Positions 14,514 to 27,500 of a stretch of 64,000 nucleotides of DNA are shown in pieces. The notes beneath the pieces were generated by a model, which saw only the letters and a list, made by a program, of their open reading frames with translations, searched no databases and was not told where the DNA came from. A program made the position numbers and the translations under genes. Source of the stretch: Utricularia gibba (taxonomy: Eukaryota; Plantae; Magnoliophyta). How positions within the stretch are numbered: the first letter of the stretch is position 1; each line of letters starts with the position of its first letter. The DNA lies in contig NEEC01000004.1 of NCBI GenBank assembly GCA_002189035.1, forward strand, positions 496,001-560,000, read 5' to 3'.

Positions 14514-15287
14514 TTTATGTGAAGGTTTGCTTTGATGTGTCTTCAGTAGCACATAGCCCTGATCATTAAATCCTTAGAAAATGTAAATGCTGTCCCTATT
14601 GTTCAAAAAAGAACTATTTGGTATTAAAGAGTATTCCATCACATCACTTTGAATACAAAAGCCATTTTTTGTAAAATATCCAACGCCCTCTGCTTGTTTT
14701 AAGCTGGAGCATTCCTAGTAAACATCTGTTATTTAGCTTACAGGAACCCACGTTTTTTTTCTGCACTAGACGTTATGTTTGCTATTTCTTGTTCTACAAA
14801 AATTGCAGCTTCCCTTGAAACTTCTTTGATTTTGATGAAATTCTGACTATTTAGTTAGATTCAGATCGGGTTAGAGAATTGGCATGACATCAAAACAAAT
14901 AGTGGGAGTTTGGAGGTACAGAAAGCGCCGAGTTAGTAAGTAGCAGTACCAAGTTCTTTGTTGGCAGGACATCAAAACAAATAATCAAGAAAATTCCATT
15001 GTAACTCATTGTTCGGATCTATCATGGATCATGCATTTCATAATGGACTAGAGTTGCAAGCGACAGCGTCTTCCTTAGCAAGCTGATATGGTTCACATAT
15101 ACGCCATATATTACTTAAAAAAGCCCTTACTACAAATGATGAAGCAATTGCGCATGACTTAAAGATTGAGGTAATAGTTTTCCACTGGAGAGAAACAAAT
15201 TCATGCAAAAGTGCGTTGCTTCAAAGCAGGTTCACAAGCAAAGAAGAAAATGCATACATTCAAAGATCATGATTACTAACACTTAGC

Positions 15288-18197
15288 TCAACAGCAGACA
15301 GCATCTTTTCCTAATGAAGCAAAAGACAACCTGGTATTATTGTTGTCGGATCCAAATTTGAATATAGGATCAGAATCACCATGAGTTGTCAATGTGCTAG
15401 CAGTCGATGGAAAAGAAAAAACAAGACGTGGGGTAGAGCGGCTGGCACCGAAAGTGTAGGTTGGTATGGTTGGAGCTGCAGCCGGAACTGAAACTGCACT
15501 TGCAGAAGTTGATGGAAATAGGGAAGGTGTTGGCAGATCAGAAAGCACACCTGAGGTAGCAGAATATGGAAAAGTGAAGGTTGGACAGCTTCCAGGAGAA
15601 GTGGCACCACCAAATCCAGGTTTGCTGATTGCAAGTGATGGCAGCGATAGTTTGGGCACATGATTCCTTGAAAGCTCCGAATCTGCTGTCATCCTCATAT
15701 CCCGACCGCTGCCAAAGTGGGGGCTGGAGAAGATTGAATTTGTTGTTGCCTGCACAAGATTTGCCAAAAGGGCAGAGGAGAAATGATGTTAACAAGTTTT
15801 TCAGTTTTAAAAATAAAATGTGAAGGAGATCCCATGCTGATCACTAGATGAAATGACAGAATAATCGACCAGGCTCAATGATAATTTTCAAATCAGAAGT
15901 ATTAGTTAGCAAAACTTCATATATACAGATATCTTTCCGTTCTCTAGCTCAACGTGAGTATTCAGGCAACACTAAATCAAAATACGGGGCCTGGTCATGG
16001 ATTTTTCCTTACCAAGCTGCTGGCATATTTTCAAAGTTGTGAACTGCATGTGGAGAAATAGAAAATGAATGGAATATAATGAAGTAGATACAGTACCTCA
16101 TTTACACTTTTGTTCAGAGCAAATGAACCACTTTTGGGAGCAAAAGAATGCTCTAAAGCAACACCATGCAAGAATCTAGAGGCACTATTGTCAGCCTCAG
16201 AAACTATGGCTTTCCCCTTCCCAGAATCTTTTGCCTCAGAAGTGCCATTGTTAACAGATTCACCAACAAACTTGAACTTGATATACTTACTGCCAGATTT
16301 ATCCGAATTCAGGTTCGAAGTAGGCTCTGCAATGTGCATTGAGCCGCCATTTTCCACGTGTATTGTATCATTTGCTCGAGGAACAGATGGTCCTCTCCAT
16401 GAAGTTGCCAATTGCAACTCAGCTTCTTTTTCTTTTGGGGTGGGTTTTTCTCTATCCAGATGTTCAAGAATTGTCCTAACTGCCTGACTAGATGATAATT
16501 TCATATATCCAATATCCCTATCGGAAGTAGCTGGCGCATTTTCACCAGAGTAAATGTTGGCACCCAGAGTTTTATCAGGTTCCACACTCTTCTGCTTCCC
16601 AGGCAAGGATCCTTCAGGTGCTTGCGGCACCGTGACCCTTGAAGAGACCTGCTTATCTGAACCTGAAAACACAGATAACCTGGGACGAAAATCTGAAGCA
16701 AATCTGCTCCTGGCATGACGAATGGGGCCTGTTGATCCATATTCACCAACAGTTTCACGAGAAGATTTTTCCTGAAATTTATTGAGTGAGAAAACTATAT
16801 TGAATAAAAAAAATTACCAATCATGAGAATGCACTAACGATCAAAATTTGAAAACCTGACGGGAGAAGAATATTTTCAAACAAGGGATAGACATTAACTT
16901 ATATAAATAAAAGAATAAAAAGCATAAAAAAAGAAAGCGTTGCACCTGCCTATATGAAGATGCTGAAGGTTGTTGTAGCGGAGTTGATGGATATTCATAT
17001 CTGCCATCCACTGGAAACTACATCATCAAAGCGTTCAGTACATTGCAGAAGTATCACAGAATGGTTCATCGTAAATAACAGGGAAATACACCTTTGTTGT
17101 AGATTTCAACAGTGTGGATCTAGAATATGGGCTCCTTGTAAAGTCTTGAATCCTCTGTCGTCTCCTCTGATCCCGCGGTGTGGAATACTCATGCAATATG
17201 GCACCAGGCCAGCATATCAAAGGCTTGGGGGAAGGAGATGGAGAAAATCCTTTTCCAGAAGGAAAATTGCTTGGCGGGGCTTGCTCGTACTTAGACATGA
17301 ATTTATGTCGATCATCGCCTCCCCCAGATGTACAACTTGCCATGTATGCACGAGCAATATCTATGGGGAAAGCATCAACTTTACCTGACCTCTGCACATT
17401 TTTACTTGAAGGCGTCAATGCTTTGATACATATAAAAAAAAAAAAAGATGATTCATAGTTCTATGGATATGAATGCCACATACTACCAAAAATGTATAAA
17501 ATATAAATCTGCAGTTAACCCAAAAAAAAAAAAAGCATTCACCAAATAACTTATGGATGAAACATCAACATAATTTATAGACTGAAACCGTAGAATTTAA
17601 ACACAAGGGGAAATCTGCTCACATCAGAGTCTTCATGGAATCTAACGGTTGATGCTCGGGAAAAATCTTGCTTCTTTTCCTGAGATGGAATACTCGGGAC
17701 TTCATCTGTTCGTAGAATTATCTGGGTATCTTTTACATTACCATTCTCCGGTTTTTCATCCTGCAACTGTTCTGTCTTTGAATTTAATATATCCAGAAAT
17801 CGACTTATTTCCTCCCTGCATGCGAATGGTAAAATTAGGCGCATTAGTAATCAGAAACCTGCAAACTAAAATGATGGGAAAAAGGGTTCTTGACATATAT
17901 CTTTCATCCGCCCATACATTTGTATCATTATTCTTTTATAATTCACTTAGTGTTGTAAAAGTCAGTAATTTTCGCCCTCGAATCTTCTAATTGATGGTAC
18001 TCAGTTCTCATTGACAACACATCGTACATCAGACGCACAGCCCTCTATCCCATGATTGAATGTGAGGTTAAATAATCAAACCCTAATATACGAAGGGAAT
18101 GAAAAAGGCACCTAGAGAAAGTGTTCTCTTTTATCAACTCCACTATTCTAGAAAAATCAGAATCATTGCCGCTCTTCTCTTCGCCAGATCCAGCCAT
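15288..18197 (-). CDS. Nucleoporin NUP136(NUP1)/NUP82/KAKU4-family-like protein
   Basis: Spliced frame from ATG 18197 through KENTFSR|EEISRFLDILNSK, PIDIARAYM, TRSPYSR, YGSTGPIRH and SSQAVRTILEHLDREKPTPKEK to a Ser/Thr/Phe-rich tail ending FKFGSDNNNTRLSFASLGKDAVCC*. Family assignment is from recalled motifs. Confidence 0.65.
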
Positions 18198-19435
18198 TGG
18201 AGACTCTCCAGCAAATTAAACTTCCGGATCCTAAGAGAAACATGTCAAATTGTTTCATGAACAACTCTGCCGACAAGTAAAATGGTAAAATGAAACCGCT
18301 CGATTAACCAAAGCCCCAACATCAGTGCCACATTAAAACAAAAGATTACCTATAATCGCACGAGAAGGCAGTCGCTCCTTCAAGAATCGGGAAAAAGCCT
18401 GCGCCCGCCGAACCAGGAATCGAAGACGCTTCGGCGGCGAATCGTACCACCGCCGCCGTCTATTTCGTTTCTATTTGAAAACGTGCGTTGGTCCCCGGAT
18501 CCAACTTATTTGCAATATGGCCCTTGAAAAAAGAAACCAATGTGAGGGGGCCCAACCAACACTGGAGGAGAATATGGTAAATAGGGCAATAACTATAAAA
18601 AGGACAATTCAATAAAATACTCCTGCAAAAATAATTAAAAAAAACATAACGAACACGTGCCATGGTAATAAAGCATACTAAGCTTTTCATTGGTTCGGTC
18701 TCGGAGGATTGTCACGTGTTGTTTCTACGAAATACAAACTCAAGACTTGGGCGACGGCTGATGAATCCGAAGTCGCACGAGGTCGCTACTTGCTACTGTA
18801 GAGTGTGGACTCAACGCGACCCATAGAAACAAAGAACGGGGGAAAAGTCTAGGTACCAAAACCGAAGGATGATCCAGATCCCTCCGTTTGGAAGTAGGAT
18901 TGAACAACGTGAATTGTTCCAATGGAAACTAAACTGCGTAACAGTGGCAAAATAGAACTCTCCAAGGACAGGCGGGGGGGTTCCGAATGTGAGCACGTGT
19001 GTACCGTATGTACATCATTCTCAAATCCTCGGATTCGTAAGGTAAAGTGTTGGGTCCTGGAACTGTATGCCATCCAATTTAAAAATGGATGGCGGAGGCT
19101 TCAACTTTCTAGTGGGTTATGGGTCCTGATTCCGGAAATCCATACTTTTCCTGAATAATTCCTCTCCTTTCGCCTCACATGCCTCGCATCCCCACGCGCT
19201 TAATCGTCTTTCTTCGTTGGGTGTACATCGGTGGTTCAAAGGAGTGGCCTTTCGTAGCACTTTTAAGGCCCCCAAGTCATCATTTCGTGGGCTCTGTTGA
19301 TTTTTGCCGATATCGTCAAAAGCCCTTTTTTTGGTGGTCTTGAGAGAAGAGGCTGTTTAGCAGCGGGTGATGGCGTATCTTCATATGAAGCCCGTTAAGT
19401 ACGTGCTTGAGAAGACACATGGGAACCCGGTGGCT

Positions 19436-20802
19436 ATGAAGATTCTCCGATTTATGTTTCTGTCGTTATTTGTTGCAAGCGATGGTAAGTAGGGTTTTTT
19501 CAGCGTTCCATCTCCTCTTTGTTTTATTTGTATATCATTTGCTTGGTTTTTTTTTCTTGTTTTGTTATGGGGGCGAATTTCGTGTTCTGCGTTGTTTTTA
19601 AGCTGAAAGAGATGTTTTTTGAATTGGATTGGTGATAAGGGCAACAAGATAAAAACTCTGTTCTTGTAGTTTCGCAGTTGCTTTGTGAAATTACTGGTGT
19701 TCTTTTGGAGTTAAGGTCGGATTTTCTGTTATGAAGTGCTGTGAAATTACTGATGTTCTTCATCCTTTTTTTTTTTTTTTTTTTTTTTGTTTCAGCAAGT
19801 GCGTTCACTGGGACGTATGGGATTAACTATGGTAGGATAGCAAACAATATTCCTTCTCCAGAAGAAGTGGTCACGCTTCTAAAAGCTTCAAAGATCAAGA
19901 ATGTGAGAATCTATGATGCTGACCATACAGTTCTCAACGCCTTCAAAGGGACAGGGCTTGAGTTGGTCATTGGCCTTCCTAATGAATACGTCAGGGAAAT
20001 GAGTGCTAATGCAGATCATGCACTGAAATGGGTCCAGGATAATGTGCAGTCCTTCCTTCCCGAGACGCGCATTGTGGGTATTGCGATTGGAAATGAAGTT
20101 CTTGCAGGAGGAGATTATGATCTGGCGGTAGCCCTGTTGGCCGCTGTCAAGAACATACACAATGCCACGAAGGTGTTAGGGATAGACGGCAAAGTTCAGA
20201 TTTCAACAGCCCATTCACAAGCTGTCTTCTCGAATTCTTATCCCCCGTCTTCATGTACCTTTAGAGAAGGTGTTGATCAGCTGATGAAACCACTCTTGGA
20301 GTTCTTCACACAGATCGGCTCCCCTTTCTGTCTAAATGCTTATCCTTTCCTCGCCTACACTTACAACCCCGACAGGATTGATCTAAACTACACCCTTTTT
20401 CAAGCAACCGAAGGAATACGCGACAACAGAACTGGCTTACACTATGATAACATGCTGGATGCCCAGATCGATGCTGCGTATGCTGCTTTGGAAGATGCTG
20501 GTTTCAAAAAAATGGAGGTCATAGTGACAGAAACAGGCTGGGCTTCTCACGGTGACCAAAACGAGCCTGCTGCTACATCAACCAATGCCAGAACTTACAA
20601 CTATAACCTCCGTAAGAGACTTGCTTTGAGGAAAGGGACTCCACTGAGACCAAAATCAGTAGTGAAAGCTTACATTTTTGCACTGTTCAACGAGAACTTG
20701 AAACCTGGAGCTGGTTCTGAGAAGCACTATGGACTCTTCAGGGCAGATGGGAATGCTTCATATGATATTGGCTTCCGTGGACTGAAATCCTCTTCCTCTT
20801 GA
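19436..20802 (+). CDS. Glucan endo-1,3-beta-glucosidase (GH17), no X8 domain, 2 exons
   Basis: Exon 1 19436-19484 encodes a signal peptide MKILRFMFLSLFVASD. Phase-1 intron 19485-19795 (gtaagt...polyT-ttcag). Then ASAFTGTYGINYG, IAIGNEV, CLNAYPFLAY, VIVTETGW and YIFALFNENLKPG..SEKHYGLF. Confidence 0.93.
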
Positions 20803-21545
20803 ACTATTCCTGGCCAACAACTATGGGAGATCCCAATGTCCATCAGAAATCAATGCTTCGGGTCGATAGTTTGGTTGTCTTATTGTGGTCCTTAGAGTGT
20901 AAATGATCATAGTGCCAATTGAGATGGACCTAGGGCAACAACGTATTCTATTGAATCCAAATTTATAGTTAAGATATTTAATAGTTTTTTTTTTTCTGAT
21001 GGTATTTTACATTGATTGTGTATAATGTGGAAATATGTTTAAATAATAAGATTTTTATAATGTTATATTAGTTGTTTTTATTAAAAAGATATAATGTAAA
21101 ATTGTGAAGATTTTATGTATAAAATGAATAATATAAATTAAAATAATTTTTTTATAAATTTAAATTTAATTATATTACATTTAATTAAACACGTATATAA
21201 TGTTTGGAATTATTTAAAATTGAATGATTTATTTAAAATAAAAGTAATTATAAAATATGTAGTTTAAATAAATCACATCTAAAATTTTAAGTTTCTTTTT
21301 CATTTTCTAAAAATGTTTTAAGATTTTTATGAGTTTTTTAATTTTTTGTAATTGAATATTTTATTATTAGGTTACCAAAAATAAAATGCTGTTATTTTCT
21401 AGGAAACGGTTGCGATATGGAAAAGTTTGTTAGTTTATGACAATTGATTTTGTGTGTTGTGACAAGGGCAGCTCAGCTTCATCTTCTTCCCGACGTGGTT
21501 GTGTACTCGCAATTGAATGTCATTGAATGCTACTACAGGAATCTG

Positions 21546-24500
21546 ATGGCGATTCCTCGGCCGCCGGGTGGACCGTCCACCGCCGCATGGGAGTGTATGC
21601 TTCCCGGTCCACCGTCAAAGAGCAATGGCGGATCCGCTGACATTTCTCAGGCCGGCCTGCTCGCGTACGCTGCCGGAAGCTCTGTCGCTGTGGTCGATAC
21701 CTATTCGATGCAACTTATTTCTACGCTTCCCCTCCCTCCGGCACCTTCGGCCAATACCTCACCATTCGTCACGGCCGTGCGGTGGTCTCCGCTCTCTTTG
21801 CCTCACCAGTTACACGATACGGACAACTTTTCTCCTCACTTACTGCTCGCTGTCGGTGATCGCCATGGCCGCATTGCACTGCTTGATTTTCGATCCAGAT
21901 CCCCAATTTTATTTTGTGATACGAATGGTTCCAGTGCGTTAAAACTGGGTATTCAGGATCTGTGCTGGATCCAAACTAGGGCGGAGTCATGGTCGCTTGC
22001 CGCTATATGTGGACCTTCGCTGCTCAGCATTTATAATTGTGCCACCGGCGCGTGTTTTTTTAAGTATGACGCTTCACCTGAACCGCTATCCTGTTTACGC
22101 CGTGACCCGTTTGATTCTCGTCATTTTTGCGCCTTGGGACTCAAAGGATTTCTTCTTTCAGTGCGGTTGCTGGGTGATGACTCTGAAAACAATGTCGTGC
22201 TGAAGGAGTTGCAGATCCGTACTGAAACATCAGAATTACAGAGGCTGGAGAAGGATGCTTCTAATGCTAGCACCAATGGGGGTCCAGCTTCTGTTGTTTT
22301 TCCGAATTACATTGTGAAATTTGCCTTCTCACCACATTGGAAGCACATGATATTGGTCAGTTTTCCAAGAGAACTTGTGCTGTTTGATATGCAGTACGAG
22401 AGCGTACTCTTCGCCACGGGGTTACCCAGGGGGTGCGGCAAGTGCTTAGAAGTGTTGCCTGACTTGAATATTGAGGTCTTTTACTGTGCTCATTTAGATG
22501 GAAAACTGAGTACCTGGAGACGCAAAGAGTGAGTCTTTCAGTTTTCATCGTCTCATTAATACTGATGCTTTTTTTATTGGAAGATTCAATTGCCGGTTAT
22601 CTAGATCACCAAAACCATTATGAATTCCATCCTTAGCGTAAGATGCCTTCACAATCGTGCAGTTACATTCTACATCTGCACTCTTGATCATTTGAAATTG
22701 CATCAGGGGAATCAAGATAGTGAAAAGACAACTATGGATAAAATGCCTAATCTCAACTTGCATGCAATGTGAAAGTGTTTCAAATGAACTATGAAGCATG
22801 TGAAACTAGAGTTTAAATTATTTTACTTTCATGAGAAGTACTTCAACCATCTCATGCATATCAACCATGAAAGTGCAGAGTTATGTAATGAAGGCTGTGG
22901 TTCTTTGTGCTGAGCGACACTTTTTTGGCTCCTATGGTCATTGTGTTTCTTTATCTTGTTTTCATCTGGAAATAGGTTTTTGTTAGTTGTAATCATATTG
23001 TATTTTAGACAGCACATTTTATGATTGCAGACTCCCGTTTTGCGTGTAAGGAAACTGATATTTTTCTTGGTTTTCTCATGAGATAGTTGAGAATAGAGTT
23101 CTATGAATATCATTGCACAGTTGAAAATGATCAGTTAACACAACTTCACCTGGATTTCTGAAGCCATACTTATTATCTAGTACCTCAGGGGGGAGCAGGT
23201 GTATAGTATGCATTCAGTGGATGAATTGTTACCATCAATTGGCACAACTGTTCCCTCTCCTGCAGTTCTTGCTGTTGCCATCAACCAGTCTGAATACACA
23301 CTTCAGATCATTCGCAGGCATTGTCCAGATGTAAATTCATCACATTTGGAGCTAAATAGTCCTATTACTGATGAATCTGCTGTGATTTCAAAGATGCATT
23401 TGGTATCCATTTCGGATGATGGTAAAGTGTGGAAATGGCTCCTGACTGCTCAAGGATCCAGGGCCAGTGAGAGTAAAATAGATGAAATTGAAAAGAATGC
23501 TGAATTAAATGATCCACTCCCAAAGATTGACTCTTTGGGAGAAGTTCCGTCTACTGCCAAACAAGAACAAATCAAAATTGAAAAAACAGAGAATTGTGAC
23601 AGAAGAATTAGCCAGCATAATGCTACATCTTCCACGGCAGATGAAGTCTCTCTTAAGGTTTTGTTTCATCAATTTCTACATTTAATTTTTCCCTGGTTTT
23701 GAGAACAAATAATTAGAGCGTCTGTCATTGTACCTAGAGAGTATGTTTTCTAAGGTAGGAGACTATCCATTATAAGGAGACATGGAAACAGTGGATGGGG
23801 ACTGGATTATTGTCGAAGATATCAGACGTTTGTGGGCCTTCTTGCATTTTCTGTGTGTATCAAGTGTATATTCCTTGCCAAAGATTCTGCCATCTCTCAC
23901 CATTACCCGTGTCTTTATCTTTCTCTTTATGTAGTATTATGCATAGACATTGATGCCTTCCCTATATGGCTTTGAATTTGCCATTCAGAAAAACAGAAAA
24001 CTACATACGTACTTGACTGTAAATTGACATGTCTTGTCACTTGTTGATATTGATTGAATTGATCGTTTGTTCTATTTTTTTGTTCACATTTTACTTGCTC
24101 ACCGCAGATATATCTCGTTGGGCTGCTTCAACTTGTATCATCTACTGTGACGATGTTGGCCGTACCATCTCCTTCATTGACTGCTACTTCGGCTCGTGAG
24201 TGGCTATTCATGGTTTTCTATACGCCCTTATGTTTATATTGTTCAGAGCAGGCTTTTACTCATCATGACGTGTTTTCAACATAATTGATTATCATTAACT
24301 TGTAGGTGGCGGGAATTCACCTGCTATAGCTGTTCCACTGGTTGCTTTGGGGACACAAATTGGAACAATTGATGTTATTGATATCTCAGCCAATGCCGTT
24401 GCTGCCAGCTTTTCTGTACATGGAAGCATGGTTAGGGATTGCGATGGCTTGGAAATTCAAGGCTGGTCTCATTTTCATATACACAGGTTAGTGTAATCAG

Positions 24501-27500
24501 TTTGGGAAGCGTTAACTTTAAATTCATTTACACTGCTATTACTGATATGTATTTTTGAACTGATTGGGATGTGTTGACCCTTATCTTGAGTCAATCCTCT
24601 TTTAATGCAACTCAGGTTACTGAAAAGGCTGGAGGATTTGTAAATAGTCTTGTTGTTACCTGTATGAGAAGTGGTATAAACAGGAAATTTCGTGTGCTAC
24701 AAAAACCTGAGAGGGCACCAATAAGGGCATTAAGGGCTTCATCTTCTGGAAGGTATATTATACCTAAATAGAAATTTTAGCTTTCAATATGGATTTATAT
24801 TTCTTATGCCATTATTTAAGAGGTGTATAATTTTCAGGTATCTTTTGATCTTGTTCCGTGATGCACCTGTTGAGGTCTGGGCAATGACGAAAACTCCCAT
24901 AATGGTTTGGTTTCAAAGAAATCTTGTTATTTATTCTCTTTATTTTTGTGTGTGTGCGCGGCATCTGATCATAGTTTTGATAAAGTTCACTCAGCTTGCT
25001 ATTTCCCTAGTAGGCCTTGGGCTTGAGTAAGAAAGGAGGCTTTCAGTATGTTGACTTTTTCTTGTTATTGATAGATTAATTCATGCATTTTGTTTTGCCT
25101 TATGTTAGTGCTAGAGAAATCAATAATCATCATGATAGTGTTAAGCTAATTTTGTATACCAGACTTTATGCGATTAAACAATCTTAAATATGAGTGATAT
25201 TGCCATCTTCTGAACTCTTCCTTAATGAGCTTGTCCCACTATGGTCTCTCTTATGGTGATTTATTTTTTGAATAAAATAGTGAAAATCAATGGAACTCCA
25301 TATCCTAGATGTTTGTTTTCCTTCTTTTTTGTGTTCCATATGTGACAATGCTTCACTTTATATTGCAGCTGAGGTCATTAGCACTTCCATTTACTGTTCT
25401 TGAATGGACTCTTCCGACAGTTCCTAAGCCAGGAGTCCAAAGTAAAGCTTTAAGGAATTCTCCATTGTCCAAAGACCAAGCTGCAACTTTGACATCTGGG
25501 GCCTCCTCTCCTAGATCACCTTCAGTGGATACTAGTGAGCAATTTCTTATTTGATAAATCATATGTTTTAATGTTGACCTTAGCACAAGTAATCTAGCTT
25601 TCTGCAACATCTTTAAATGGCTTATCTTTAGCTGCAGGGGGGTCTGAGGGATCCCAAGATGAATTTTCAGAAAGCTTTGCCTTTGCACTCGTCAATGGTG
25701 CCCTAGGAGTTTTTGAGGTCCATGGGCGAAGAATCCGAGATTTTAGGCATGTCTTTATTATTAATTTTTTGATAGGCTTGCCAATTTTCTTTGCACCTTG
25801 TATGATAATGGAAGTAATTATGCACATAGAATTAAATTGAAGATACTGTTCGAATTGTTTAAGATGTCATAGTTAATGCCTGGTAGGTATGTTTTTTGGC
25901 GGCAACTTTTTGTTTCCTGGAGTTCTTTTACATGTTGGATCACTGTGTGACATTCATCGGAATGAGAATTAATTTTACCTCATATATATGCCCATTTTGC
26001 GTGACATTAATAGTCATCTATTGCTGTATTTTATCTCATATTTCCAGACCCAAGTGGCCATCATCTTCCTTTGGTTCATCTGATGGACTAATTACTGCTA
26101 TGGCTTATCGCTTACCTCATGTGGTACGTTAATTATATGCATGATTTGAGTTTCGTGAGAAACGAAAATTGTATATTGTGTAAACTTGATATGAAAAATT
26201 CAGGTTTTAGGAGATAGATCCGGAAACATACGATGGTGGGATGTGACAACTGGGCAGTCATCCTCCTTCAATACTCACAGAGAAGGTATTAGGAGAATAA
26301 AGTTCTCACCAGTTGTTCCAGGAGACCGTACCCGTGGACGCATCGCTGTTTTATTTTATGACAACACATTTTCTGTGTTCGATCTAGTAAGATAATATGC
26401 TACACATTGAGCTCCTTAAATGTTCCATCTGGTGTATATCAAGTGGTCTATGTAGTTCTCTCAGTTTGCACATAGAACCTTATGGAAGAAAACACCGCTT
26501 TTTTTGTGGAACATGCATGGAGATTTTTTTAGTTTATTGGTACTTATTCTCATAAAAAAATATTTCGGCCAGCTAGTTTTTAATCTGGGGCCAGGAAATT
26601 CTCTTGTCGTAGTCCATTTAAATTATGTAGTGACAAGACATTAATTTAATGGCATTTGCTCACTCCTGTTCTTCTCATCTACAGGATTTACCGGACCCAT
26701 TAGCCAATTCCCTCTTACAGCCACAATATCCAGGGACACTGGCACTTGAACTTGACTGGCTGCCATTGCGGAAAGACAAGGATGACCCACTTATACTTTG
26801 CATTGCTGGAGCTGATAGTAGTTTTCGTTTTGTAGAGCTTAATGTGTAAGTTAAATACATTGACTTACTTCTCAGCGTTTTTCCATTTTGTTGCATGTGA
26901 TCAGAAAACTTGGGAGATAATAATGTTATGAAATATCTCACGACTTTCATTGTGTATCTGTTTAGTGAAGTCATGTAAAGCACATCTTAGGTTTTTGAGA
27001 TTCATTTCATTATTGATAGAGAAATTTTTTAATCACGTTGTTTCCAAGTTAATTTTAGCTGCTCTGATGGATTCCTGTTTCAGGTGTGTCAATATTTTCG
27101 AATCATTAGATTCAAGTTTTTTTTTTATGGAAAAAAATGTGATCTTGAGGAGTTTTTTTCCTGAAAATGTGTGGTTTTTCTGCAAATGATGTTGTCTCAA
27201 ATATTATTTTTTATCATACTAAGAGAGAATGTCAGAGTGAAAGCTGTTACTTCATACTGCTGAATGAAAAATATGTATCCACTCATGCAGGAGTGATCAA
27301 AATATAGGCTCTTCAGGTATGCGGCATCTACCTTTTAAAGAGAGATTTCAGCCTGTACCTCTGCCCTCTCCTATATTGATTCCCACTCCACATGCCCTGG
27401 TATGAAGGCTAATGGCAGTAGCATGCGTCTGTTGTCGTTTTCTGATATTCTAGATAATTATCAAAACACTCTTCAATTTTACTCCATATTCACTTTCATC

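Noticed and set aside
19741-19795. ORF-track N-terminus MKLLMFFILFFFFFFFVS, which looks like a poly-Phe signal peptide
   Set aside because: The T-run is the polypyrimidine tract of an intron ending TTCAG at 19795. A proper signal-peptide exon with a gtaagt donor lies at 19436-19484.
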